Shown: positions 18,581-28,143 of the stretch, piece by piece
Layout: each line of letters opens with the position of its first letter
Position numbering within the stretch: position 1 is the stretch's first letter
NCBI GenBank assembly: GCA_002811645.1
Contig: PDIP01000043.1
Coordinates: 257,480 to 293,273, forward strand
DNA: 35,794 nucleotides
Reading direction: 5' to 3'
Source: Corallochytrium limacisporum Hawaii
Taxonomy: Eukaryota; Protista; Pluriformea
Program-made: the position numbers and the translations under genes
The notes under the pieces: generated by a model
The model's database searches: none
Told to the model about the DNA's origin: nothing
What the model saw: the letters and a program-made list of their open reading frames with translations, nothing else

Positions 18581-19243
18581 TCAAATCTTTGACATCTGCC
18601 GCTTGATCATATCCGGTAGCAGGCGCTCCATGGTGCGTACGATGATCTTCGCCTGACCATCAAATTCCAAGTTCACTTTGTCGCCCACACCCTTGAACCC
18701 AAGTGTTGTTCGAGCAAGAGTCTCAGGAATCAAGCACACTGAAAAGTGCTCCTCTGTTACCTTTACCACGGTTAAGCTAATGCCGTCGACAGCGATCCAT
18801 CCCTTAGGAGCAAGGAAAGCCATGTACTCCTCTTCCTCTCCCTTTGGTACTCGAAATACAACTTCCCGGTTGTTTGGTGTCTCAATCACGTTTTCAATTA
18901 TTCCGATTCCATCAATGTGTCCCGAAACATTATGTCCCCCAATTTCGTCCCCAATCTTCATTGCGCGTTCAATATTTACCTTGTCTCCGACCTTCAGTTC
19001 CCCGAGATTCGTGCGGTTGAGGGTCTCCTGAATGGCATCAAACGCGACCAGGACATTTCCGTTCTCATTCTTGGAGTACACTACGGTCAAACAAGTGCCA
19101 TTGTTCGCAATGCTAGCTCCGTCCTCAACATTTTGCGCTATCTCCTCGTCCTCTTTACCCAGGCTAATAACCAGACGCCGACCGCCATCTTTGTCCTCTA
19201 ACGCGTGAACCGGGCACAGTCCCCTAACAATTCCCGTGAACAT
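18581..19243 (-). CDS. ribC: Riboflavin synthase (alpha chain)
   Basis: Invariant N-terminal MFTGIV and duplicated lumazine-binding domains (SIANNGTCLTV / WIAVDGISLTV; VNIER / VNLEFD); GGHNVSGH. Confidence 0.96.
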   Translation of the reverse strand: MFTGIVRGLCPVHALEDKDGGRRLVISLGKEDEEIAQNVEDGASIANNGTCLTVVYSKNENGNVLVAFDAIQETLNRTNLGELKVGDKVNIERAMKIGDEIGGHNVSGHIDGIGIIENVIETPNNREVVFRVPKGEEEEYMAFLAPKGWIAVDGISLTVVKVTEEHFSVCLIPETLARTTLGFKGVGDKVNLEFDGQAKIIVRTMERLLPDMIKRQMSKI

Positions 19244-19709
19244 GATTTTAGTTGTATGGCGTAAGTATTTTCAATCTTAAACACCTCATGTGTAGTATTA
19301 CAGTCATGAAAATTTATAATGATCACCCTTTAAATACCCCCATTCATCAAGGCAACCGGCGGGTCATGTGACATCACGGTGTGCTAATTTTGGCTATGTG
19401 AGACCCTGCCTCAGCGGACGGGTGATATTCCACCGCTTGCTCAGGGAAATGAGGCGCCTGGGTGGTCACCACTGGCAAGCCAGAAAAATAGAGTACTTTG
19501 AGTATTAAGGCAGATCAGCCCGTGGTCCACCGTTTTTTCCACAGAAGCAGATTCTAAACTTTGCTATTGACGGGAAAGGAGGTGGGGAGTGGTAGCAGTC
19601 CATCATTGGATAAGGAAGCACTACAAGTTAGCTGACAAAGGGAGGGTACGAGGTCTCCACATACAAAGGGAGGGTTGGTAGTGAACGTTTTAACTGCTGA
19701 AGAAACTAG

Positions 19710-20399
19710 CTATGCATTATGGGCAACGATAAAGATGACGATCATGAGCAAGATGACGAAGAGGAACATCAGAGTAACCTTACAGTCGTAGTCGCAACTG
19801 CAGAACCCGTGCTCGGCTACTCCGTTGATAGACCGATTGAGGTTGCGTCCTCGCATTTGCCCGTTCTCCATGTCGTCCATGACTTCGTCGAGGGCGCTGG
19901 CTTGCTCAACGAATTCATTGACAATGGCGTCTCCCAGTACTCTCTGACGCCTAAGAGTATCCTGCAAGCCTTCCAGACGCTGATGGTCCTGGTCTCGTTC
20001 CATCATGATCTGTCCAGCAGACCCAGGGGCACTTGCTTCGTCTGCTTCCGCTTGCCGTAGCGTGCTGACCAGCCATGACTGTCTCGACTCCTGTACCGGG
20101 TCTTCGACATATTCTTTGACCCCTTCTATCCGTTCAGAGAGTTTTGAAATGTCGGCACGTCTCTTCAAAAGTTCTCGGGTAGCTATTCCTGTAGAACCCA
20201 AGTTGCCCAGTTCATCTTGGAGTTCTGAGATTGCCTCCTTCAATTCATCAACTCGTTCAGGCCATTGTGAGTCACCCTCGGTAGGTTCTTCCTTAGATTC
20301 TGCCTGCAGAATCTTTAACAGCCTTGTCAATTCCCCTTGACGGTGCTTTAATTTCTTGTCAAAGGCTGTGACCTCGGCTTTGTCTTCGCTGTCACTCAT
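19710..20399 (-). CDS. Qc-SNARE, syntaxin-8/6-like
   Basis: Helical N-terminal bundle, SNARE heptad with Q zero layer (QDHQRLEGL...IVNEFVEQASALD), Cys-rich juxtamembrane segment and C-terminal TM helix. Confidence 0.75.
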   Translation of the reverse strand: MSDSEDKAEVTAFDKKLKHRQGELTRLLKILQAESKEEPTEGDSQWPERVDELKEAISELQDELGNLGSTGIATRELLKRRADISKLSERIEGVKEYVEDPVQESRQSWLVSTLRQAEADEASAPGSAGQIMMERDQDHQRLEGLQDTLRRQRVLGDAIVNEFVEQASALDEVMDDMENGQMRGRNLNRSINGVAEHGFCSCDYDCKVTLMFLFVILLMIVIFIVAHNA

Positions 20400-20511
20400 A
20401 ACTCTGAGTTGTGATATTCCCTGACTTCGTGTGCTATGCTCATATCCATATGAATGGAAACTTCTGGGTTATGAATTTTTCAGATAAGCGGTGAACAGTG
20501 CGATACATACG

Positions 20512-20543
<32 letters not shown>

Positions 20544-20554
20544 GTGTGTGTGTG
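20512..20554. repeat. Compound (CT)n(GT)n microsatellite
   Basis: Read directly from the sequence. Confidence 0.9.
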
Positions 20555-20640
20555 GGCATGATCACGACTTCAGTGACGACTGCCAGGAAGTACCATGCAA
20601 GGCTCACTTGAGCCAACCTGACCAAATGCTTCTGCGGACA

Positions 20641-20671
20641 CCCCCCCCCCCGGGGGGCGGGGCCCGCGAAA
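20641..20671. promoter_or_regulatory. C11-G6 tract, GC box and E2F-like site in a divergent promoter
   Basis: CCCCCCCCCCCGGGGGGCGGGGCCCGCGAAA. The reverse strand reads TTTCGCGG. Confidence 0.35.
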
Positions 20672-21050
20672 GTGAAACCCGCTGCTGCCCGGCCCCCTGC
20701 TCACTCGAGCCCGGAAAATACGTTCCTACGCAGTCCCTCGTCACCTTCCTTTCCGCGGTATTGTGCTTGTAATAGCCTGCCTATGGTATCTATACGTGTT
20801 GTTCTTCTCGGTTTTTTCTTTCCCACTTACCTACTTGCTTTCGCTCAAAAGCACTCGTCAGAGTCATTGGCTACGAAATCGGCTCGAACTGCAGAATGAA
20901 AGTCCAAAAGTTATAGTGATTGTGCCCTCTCGGCAGGCTGAAGATCCAATCAGTCGGGCTTGGTCCAAATGCGATGAGATACGTATTTGGGAAAGGGATG
21001 TTCGAGCGATCGGAAATCTGTGACACCTTGACTAGACCGGATAGAGACAG

Positions 21051-22241
21051 ATGTTACCAAAGAAGACTGCGTCTATGTTGCGCAAGAACTCACAAAACCC
21101 TGATCCGCAAGAGGCCGCAGGACTCGTACAGAATGAGGAGACCCCTTTCACACGGATCACATCAGCAAGCACTGGTGCACCAAGGCTGAAACTCTTTTGT
21201 ATGACTTGGAATGTTGCCGGAGAACGTCCATGTCCGAAGGAAGATCTCATTGAAGTACTACAGCGGAATGCAGCTGATGGTTGTAGCATTTGGGTCGTTT
21301 CTCTACAAGAAATTTCTCTGGATGCGTTCAGTACTTTAGTTGATAGCAAGGAGATTGAACTCAAGTGGCAAGATGCGTTCCAAGAAGCTATTCAGTCGAC
21401 ATACAAGGGACCCGAAACCGTACAACTGGTGGAGAGCTGCAGACTGGTGGGCTGTTGTATGTTTGTCTTTGCATGCACCAATATCCTGGACGTTTCCTAC
21501 GGTATCTGTGCCAAGGAAGCCAAGGGAGGTACTCAGATTCTTCCATCCATTTATGTGAACAACAAGGGTGGAACTGCAATACGCATGAAGGTCGGTAACG
21601 ACACGTACTGCTTCATCAATGTACATTTACCGGCACACGAGGGTCAGGTTTCGGCTCGAAATAATATGGCGAAGGATGTTCTCGACGCGCTCCGCTTTAA
21701 AGACGACTTGCGTGATCGGACCATTAGTGTTGCTGAGCACGACAATGTCATTTTCATGGGAGACATGAACTATAGACTGCGATTGCAGACTCGTGACGAC
21801 ATCTATGAAATGTTGGATCGTAATTTGACCCAAGATCTTCTTGAGCGCGATGAATTGAAGCGGAATATGGGCTCTGTATTCCCGGGGTTCCGTGAAGGGC
21901 ATATCAACTTCTTGCCAACGTATAAACTGAAGCCAGGAACCACCTCGTACTCCACAAAGCGCACGCCCTCGTATACGGATCGCATACTCTACCGTGCCCC
22001 ACCGGAGTTTCAGCTCATCGAGTACACATCTGTACCGCTCCTTTCATCGAAGTCGGACCATGCAAGTGTAGTTGCTATTTTTGATGCCGGCCCGGTTCCT
22101 GTTGAGCGACATGCTGACCAGCAATATTACGGTTCAAGGCGGGCGGATCGCGCCAGTATGAATCTCACTGAACTCGGCTACTATGCGTTCGGGGTGTCCG
22201 CTGTCATTGTCATCATTGTTCTCGCAAAACTTGTATTGTGA
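21051..22241 (+). CDS. Inositol polyphosphate 5-phosphatase with C-terminal membrane anchor
   Basis: TWNV, LQEI, NKGG, NVHLPAH, FMGDMNYRL, PTYK, PSYTDRILY and SDH motifs. Hydrophobic tail YYAFGVSAVIVIIVLAKLVL. Confidence 0.92.
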   Translation: MLPKKTASMLRKNSQNPDPQEAAGLVQNEETPFTRITSASTGAPRLKLFCMTWNVAGERPCPKEDLIEVLQRNAADGCSIWVVSLQEISLDAFSTLVDSKEIELKWQDAFQEAIQSTYKGPETVQLVESCRLVGCCMFVFACTNILDVSYGICAKEAKGGTQILPSIYVNNKGGTAIRMKVGNDTYCFINVHLPAHEGQVSARNNMAKDVLDALRFKDDLRDRTISVAEHDNVIFMGDMNYRLRLQTRDDIYEMLDRNLTQDLLERDELKRNMGSVFPGFREGHINFLPTYKLKPGTTSYSTKRTPSYTDRILYRAPPEFQLIEYTSVPLLSSKSDHASVVAIFDAGPVPVERHADQQYYGSRRADRASMNLTELGYYAFGVSAVIVIIVLAKLVL

Positions 22242-22299
22242 TTGGGAAATAGAAAGTACATGTTATATTACTCTATATTTGAATGCCAAATGCCTTTTT

Positions 22300-23571
22300 T
22301 TACAACTCATCGCGGTGAACCTGGAATGAATACCGGTTACCCGCCGGTCCCAAATCCTTGAAGGTGGAAGCAAGAGGGTCCGCACCAGAATCGTCATTAG
22401 GTTTGTTGTCGCCCTTGGCATCCTGAGGCTTGCCCTTACGAGCGCCCCTGCCCTTGTTCTTCAGCTTGTTCATCATGTCAGCCTGATTGGCGTGGAATTT
22501 ACGGTGCAAGGAACCATCCTCAAAGTCACCGATAAACTTTGTCAATTCACTAGGGTCTTCCTCTAGCTTAGACAAAGACCCGAACTCATACATATGCTTG
22601 AAGCTGTCAATGGCAATCACAGGAAGGTCACGTACATTACGTCCCAGGTGCATGAGCGGATGGCTGAACACATAACCATTCGCATAAAGGTAGTTGAACT
22701 TGCTGCGAGCTCTTGGAGCGGCGGTCTTCAGAGCGTCTTCAAACCGCTGCACAGCCTCCTTGTCCTGGGGATTGTAGAACATGATAAGGAAAGGCAGACC
22801 TTCCTCCACAAGATATTCCACGTTCTGGAACGTGACCTCCCGCAGGAACGGAATACACAGCTCTTCAACTTTGGCCCTCAGTTTGGCTACATCCTTAAGG
22901 TCCCGGCGGGATAACTCAGCGCCCTCTGGCTCACCTTCACTGTTGACGAAACGTCCAGTCATCCTGTTCCCCTTGAGACCTTCCATTACCTCGTTGTCTG
23001 TAACAACCATGAAATCACAGTCATCCAGCAGCTGGTGAGCAACAGTCTCAAAATTCTCTTGCTCTTCAGTCTCAGTGCTTTCAAAGAAACCAATAAGAGT
23101 ACCGTCAGCGTTAGCCTTGATCACCTCCGACGCCTTGGCATATGCGTCAGGCTTTGCAATCTTGTCATCCAGTTGTTCGGTCACAAAGTCCAAGAATGAC
23201 TCTACCTTACGAGATCCCTTGTATTCGCGCTTACCAACCACACCATGACGGAAGACTTTAATGGTTGGGTATTTGTTGATACCAAAGTCCTTAGCAAGAG
23301 TCTTCTGCAGCTCACAGTCAACACGACCGAAGCCCACGGATTCAGATTGGAAACGCTCTTTGCCCTGCAGTGCCGTGTCCTCAAAAACAGGCTCCAATTG
23401 CTTACTGAACTTGCACCAATCCGCATAAAATACAACCAAGGTGATCTCGAACTCATTAACAAACTCACTGAAATTGTCATCGGTCAAGTCTGTCACATGG
23501 ACACCGGGACCTGCCAACACTCCAATAACTGCCACGCTTAGCGTGACGAACAACCAAGAAATGACCCGCAT
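22300..23571 (-). CDS. ERP44: ER resident PDI-family protein ERp44
   Basis: Signal peptide, thioredoxin CxxS motif WCKFS (CRFS in animals), EEGLPFLI, IAIDSFKHMY, C-tail STFKDLGP...RYS and RDEL retention signal. Confidence 0.93.
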   Translation of the reverse strand: MRVISWLFVTLSVAVIGVLAGPGVHVTDLTDDNFSEFVNEFEITLVVFYADWCKFSKQLEPVFEDTALQGKERFQSESVGFGRVDCELQKTLAKDFGINKYPTIKVFRHGVVGKREYKGSRKVESFLDFVTEQLDDKIAKPDAYAKASEVIKANADGTLIGFFESTETEEQENFETVAHQLLDDCDFMVVTDNEVMEGLKGNRMTGRFVNSEGEPEGAELSRRDLKDVAKLRAKVEELCIPFLREVTFQNVEYLVEEGLPFLIMFYNPQDKEAVQRFEDALKTAAPRARSKFNYLYANGYVFSHPLMHLGRNVRDLPVIAIDSFKHMYEFGSLSKLEEDPSELTKFIGDFEDGSLHRKFHANQADMMNKLKNKGRGARKGKPQDAKGDNKPNDDSGADPLASTFKDLGPAGNRYSFQVHRDEL

Positions 23572-23781
23572 GATTAATTATGTGCTTGATTACACCCAAG
23601 CGGCGGACGGAAAGGAAAGATTTCGGATGCTGTAATCCATACCTAAGGATTTATTGAGCCGGCTATTTTCCCAAAGTACCTTCCCCGCGTTCGCAATACA
23701 CACACACACGAGTCCCCTCCGTCTCTCTTTTCTCGCTCCCCCAAAGCGGAACTATTCTTCCCTCCCAAACATGCCTTCTAC

Positions 23782-24290
23782 TGTCGGCAACGACCGATAA
23801 ATGTGGCTATCCAATTCCCTTTTTCTGCCTGGTGTACCCTCCGGCCTCCGGAGTTGGGGTACGCTGACAAGTTCTCTCTCAGCGCTTCGCTCCCACCACA
23901 CTGCCCACCAGATGGTGAGAATTTGATAAGGCAGCAATACCGAGGGAGCACGGAGGGACATATAGACGATGCCTGTGTAAGGCAGAGGACCTTACTGGAA
24001 TTTTCACGGGGGCAGGACGCAGTAGGCCCAAAGTTTTGTTCTCTGGGGAAGGGAGGCCGATATGTATCGGTGGGCAGCCAAGGGAGCATCGGCGTCCAAG
24101 GTAAATTCAATGCCTTAACGGCGCCGGTTTCACTATTCATTTTCCTCCCGATTCGTAGTGAAACACTTTCCTCAGCGCAGTTTCAATGGAGACTTGAGCA
24201 ATAGTGAATGTACTGTGTTTCTAGCAGGGTACAACCCATTCTGGTTCCTCTGCCTGCTACTAAATCATGCTTTTGTCCGTCAATTTTTGG
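23782..24290 (+). ncRNA. Candidate structured non-coding RNA ending in an Sm-binding site (unidentified family)
   Basis: Series of helices found by eye (see findings) and AATTTTTGG at 24282-24290. It lies in a tandem gap about 500 bp longer than the other short tandem gaps. Confidence 0.3.
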
Positions 24291-24509
24291 CTGTGTGTGT
24301 CATTGTCAGCTCGCCTCGTAGACGGCCTAGGGGCAGAGTCCAGAGGCGGGGGTCAGTTTGTGTGGGGGACCTCCGCATAGGAGTCGGAACATTGGCAATA
24401 TCCCTACGGCATCAAGAGCTGTGAACCACACAACCGAGGCAATTAGGACGCAGGGGCAAAGTCGGATATAACATAAAAGCAAACAGATTGTATTAGGATG
24501 TGGGTAGAC

Positions 24510-25259
24510 TCAGTCTGAGTACTTCACCAAAGGCACGTAGCGGACTGAGATGCTCACCTGCTTCTTGAAAGATCCGTCGGGTTGCTTGTCGATGATGTAC
24601 ATATTCTCCCCCAGGACACCACCTACGGGAATCACCATCCGTCCTCCGATGGCCAGCTGGTCCAAGAGGGCCTTTGGGACCTCCGTCGCCGCCGCTCCGA
24701 CATGAATGATGTCGTATGGAGCATGTTCAGGAACACCTTTCCATCCATCTGCTTTGAGCACTTTCATCCGTCCATCTTCGAGCATGTCATTGTACTGTGG
24801 TGTCAGATTGTCTCGAGCGAGGTTGACGAGCTCTGGAATATTCTCAATGCCAACAAACAGGCCCTGCTTCCCGCACATTTCTGCAAATGCCGCCAACAGA
24901 TATCCGCTGCCGACTCCGACATCGAGAACTCTTGCATTTTCTTTAGCATGCTCACCGAAATGTTCAAGAGCAAAGGCGTGCATATGCGGTGCTGAGATCG
25001 TGGCGTGATATCCAATGGGCTGAGGACAATCATCGTACGCGACTGCATGATCTCCTCTAGATACAAAGTTAATGCGGTCGACCTGTTGCATTGCATAGTA
25101 GGGCCTGCCGCCTTCTTTAAGAAATCCATTGCCGACCAGGCTCTCAAGCAGCCTCTTCTTCGCTTGGGAAATAGTCATCCCTGCTTCTTTAGAACCAAGA
25201 AAGCGTTTCATCAAAACCACGATCAAGAATATAAGAATCCACTGAAACCTTACCTGCAT
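24510..25259 (-). CDS. PCMT1: Protein-L-isoaspartate O-methyltransferase (PIMT)
   Basis: TISAPHMHA, LDVGVGSGYL, APYDIIHVGAA, QLAIGGRMVIPV and VRYVPL. The start is ambiguous (25259 or 25178). Confidence 0.93.
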   Translation of the reverse strand: MQVRFQWILIFLIVVLMKRFLGSKEAGMTISQAKKRLLESLVGNGFLKEGGRPYYAMQQVDRINFVSRGDHAVAYDDCPQPIGYHATISAPHMHAFALEHFGEHAKENARVLDVGVGSGYLLAAFAEMCGKQGLFVGIENIPELVNLARDNLTPQYNDMLEDGRMKVLKADGWKGVPEHAPYDIIHVGAAATEVPKALLDQLAIGGRMVIPVGGVLGENMYIIDKQPDGSFKKQVSISVRYVPLVKYSD

Positions 25260-25721
25260 GTCTTCACTGGCAAGATCCGAGGACTACCTCGCAGTACATA
25301 ATGGGAAAATTCTTTTTATACCACCATATTAATCGCTATGGCAGCTTCAAATCAAGAAAGATGTTCTTTGCTTTGTTCACCACCATACGCACGAACTGGA
25401 ACTCCACATGAGGTATGACCTAAGGCGGGCCAAAAACCCGCATTCCAGAGTTAGACCCGCACCGATGCGGTGAGGTCCATTCCTTACACTAATGCAATGG
25501 TGAAAGAGCGGGTGGGGGCGGACAGGCACGATGGAGTGGCTATTTTCTCCTTTGTTCGTAAAATGTTGGAACCCGGCCCTCACCCCTCTTGAGCCGTTTC
25601 TTCTGACAGAGAATCGCAAGCAAAATTCTACGCACCGGGCTGCAACGTTGCGCACAGAGAGCGCGGTTTTGCATTTGCAAACCGGATATATGTGGTAGGG
25701 CACAAATTATATCGTCTATTC

Positions 25722-26519
25722 CTATATAATGTCATCACCGCCATTGTCCTGAATTATGTCTTCGCCAAGCGCCGTGGACTCAGTCACATCACCACCATGG
25801 TCCTCACGCGTGCCTTCCGCTGAAAGACTGTCTTCGCGGATGAAAGGAGTGTGGAAGACGTCGTAGATGCGACGGGCCTTAAGCATGCCGATGCCGGGGA
25901 TCTGATTTAGCTCCGCAACAGGTGAGTCCACACAGTCCAGGAAAGAATCTTTCACAGAGATCAGAGAAATAACATCCGTCTTGTTCACTGACCGGACACT
26001 GGTCATAGCCTCCGTCATCCGTGACAAGTAGTCAGTTTCCGAACGTTCCATCAGCAAGTCCGGTCCTTTGTTCTCGTACGCCTTGTAGGTTTCTAAATAT
26101 CTGGCGGCCTCTTCTACAGACCATGCCAAGATGAGGGTGAAATTCTTTAAGATTGCGGCTTTAGTGAGCTCTTTAAGCGTTTCTTTGTGGTCCGGGACGT
26201 CCACCATGAGCAACAGCACACGGACATCAAATTTGTGATCCAACTCTCGAAGTCTCGTGTAAATGTACTCCGGATGCAAACGATGATATTTCATTGACAG
26301 GTACAGTGCACACGTAGTCTGACCCAAAATAAAATCTGGTTCTATTTTCTCAAAGTTCCACCCCACATTTCGAATGTACTTGAGAATCGGATTACCCTTC
26401 TGTCGAACGTTCACCATGATCAGATTTGGGTTCTGCAGCCTTCTGAGATCAGTATCCGGCCCCTGGGGTCCACCGGAGCGCACCGCCCGCGGTGCATTCT
26501 CCGAATTGAATCCACTCAT
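25722..26519 (-). CDS. ERCC1: DNA excision repair protein ERCC1/Rad10
   Basis: RQKGNPIL, LYLSMKYHRLHPEYI, AWSVEEAARYLETYK, and tandem HhH (SVNKTD; IPGIG..KA). Confidence 0.96.
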   Translation of the reverse strand: MSGFNSENAPRAVRSGGPQGPDTDLRRLQNPNLIMVNVRQKGNPILKYIRNVGWNFEKIEPDFILGQTTCALYLSMKYHRLHPEYIYTRLRELDHKFDVRVLLLMVDVPDHKETLKELTKAAILKNFTLILAWSVEEAARYLETYKAYENKGPDLLMERSETDYLSRMTEAMTSVRSVNKTDVISLISVKDSFLDCVDSPVAELNQIPGIGMLKARRIYDVFHTPFIREDSLSAEGTREDHGGDVTESTALGEDIIQDNGGDDII

Positions 26520-27666
26520 CTACATCAAACAAATACAGTCCACTGAGTCGCGTCCTGGTACTACGCATTTCTGCGGTCATGTGCCCCACACGAGCCACCT
26601 GCGAAGTACCTATGATCCGCAAGACGCCCCTACTCTAGATCCTCCCTCTTTGTGGCTCCAATCCTCCGCCGCCACTCTCCGCCAATCCCGGATGACAGGT
26701 GGCGGAGACTAGTGTCAAACTTCTCTATCCCATCCACGGAAATCCCTCTCTTCCCTTACATTCGGCACCGGAAAGGCACACTCACAAGTCGCTCCGTGTG
26801 GTGGACAGCGCAGACCGCAGCGAATTGTGGGCACACCAAGAGACGAAGGCATGTGAATCTAATATTGCCGTATGCATTCACCCTGGCCTCCGGAACAGCC
26901 GGGGACTCCTTCAGTGTTTGTGTGTCCATTTGTGAGGGTTTCATTGAAGGAAACTGTTGGGAACTAACCAAAGTCCCGCTGTCGAAGACACAGTCAATTT
27001 TAAGCATGAAACAAACCGGCATCGGTTAACAAATCATCGATGATCCAGCACGCAGAATTTTGATGTTGTCCACCCAGCGTTCAGGAGGGTGGCTTAAGGA
27101 GTCAGACGTGGCCGCCCCTGTGTTCGGTTCCGAACATCGAAACCCATTCAGTTGAGTTCAGCCACCAGAAGCCGAACCTGACTCGCTAGCCCAGTACACG
27201 CGATGAAATGATCGTCGTTCACAATTTCGTTGGCCTCCCGACAAAGCGAGGCAGGAACTGACCTGAACAGGAGACATAAATAGACAAACTGGCAAGATGG
27301 TTGTGGGACACATTGGGTTTATCTTGCGGGTGGCCTTTCATTGCTTCACTAGGCCGGCGGGAGTACTTTTTTACAGCGAATCACCGCCCTTGAAGTGCTG
27401 AGCGGGCGAGCAAGTCAAATAGAGAATAATGGGGGGTACACCCAAGAACCGCGGCGGGTGTCCGTACCGAAAGTACCGGACCTGGGACCTTGATTTAGGC
27501 GCGGTCTTCGGATTGCGAAGCCGAAAAAAAAAATAATCACCTCCTTCTTTGATCCCCTCCCCCCTATTTTTTCTAAAACTCATCTTTCGTTTCAAACGGG
27601 GCCGCGAAGAGTTGGACCCCCCCCCAGTTTCGGGTTTCCTTCCATATCCAAAACCGTCGTCACGAA

Positions 27667-27698
<32 letters not shown>
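27667..27698. repeat. Compound (AC)n(AG)n microsatellite
   Basis: Read directly from the sequence. Confidence 0.9.
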
Positions 27699-28143
27699 GC
27701 AAACAGGGACAGGTCTGGAACCCCAAGGGGAAGGAGCTAAAGGACCTGCACCCGAAACAAGCTGTTGTGAGGGAGGGGTGGGGTCGTTGTCGCTTAATCG
27801 GTGCGCGGTCGGCACGGCAGTAGGACGAGCCTGCCAAACAGTGGATATACAGTACTAATTGTTTTGGCTTTGAATGAACCGGCGGCTGCTATTCCGGTAT
27901 CAGTGCTTTAGCGGTACTGGTATGTGAGAGGCATCGGAGGTGTGATGTCGTCGAGAACGGGTATAATTGAATGGCACCTTTCGGAACACTGCCAATCGTA
28001 CCGTACGGACTCAAAAAAGGCTGGGCATTTGAACAAACTCATGGACTGGATTGTCTATTGAACAGCATGATTGTAACGTAGGGAAGAAATGAAAACATTC
28101 TTGCCGTGCTGGAGAATATAGAAGAGCTTTGGATACATTATTT

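Noticed and set aside
19404-19600. TCAGCGGACGGGTGATATTCCACCG and AGCCCGTG upstream of ribC resemble FMN-riboswitch segments
   Set aside because: They are on the strand opposite to ribC and the remaining conserved FMN core is missing. An RF00050 scan would settle it.
20824-20831. ACTTACCT resembling the U1 snRNA 5' end
   Set aside because: No U1 stem-loop I/II loop sequences or Sm site follow.
23771-23782. GCCTTCTAC similar to U5 loop 1 (GCCTTTTAC)
   Set aside because: Mismatch in the invariant loop and no enclosing stem.
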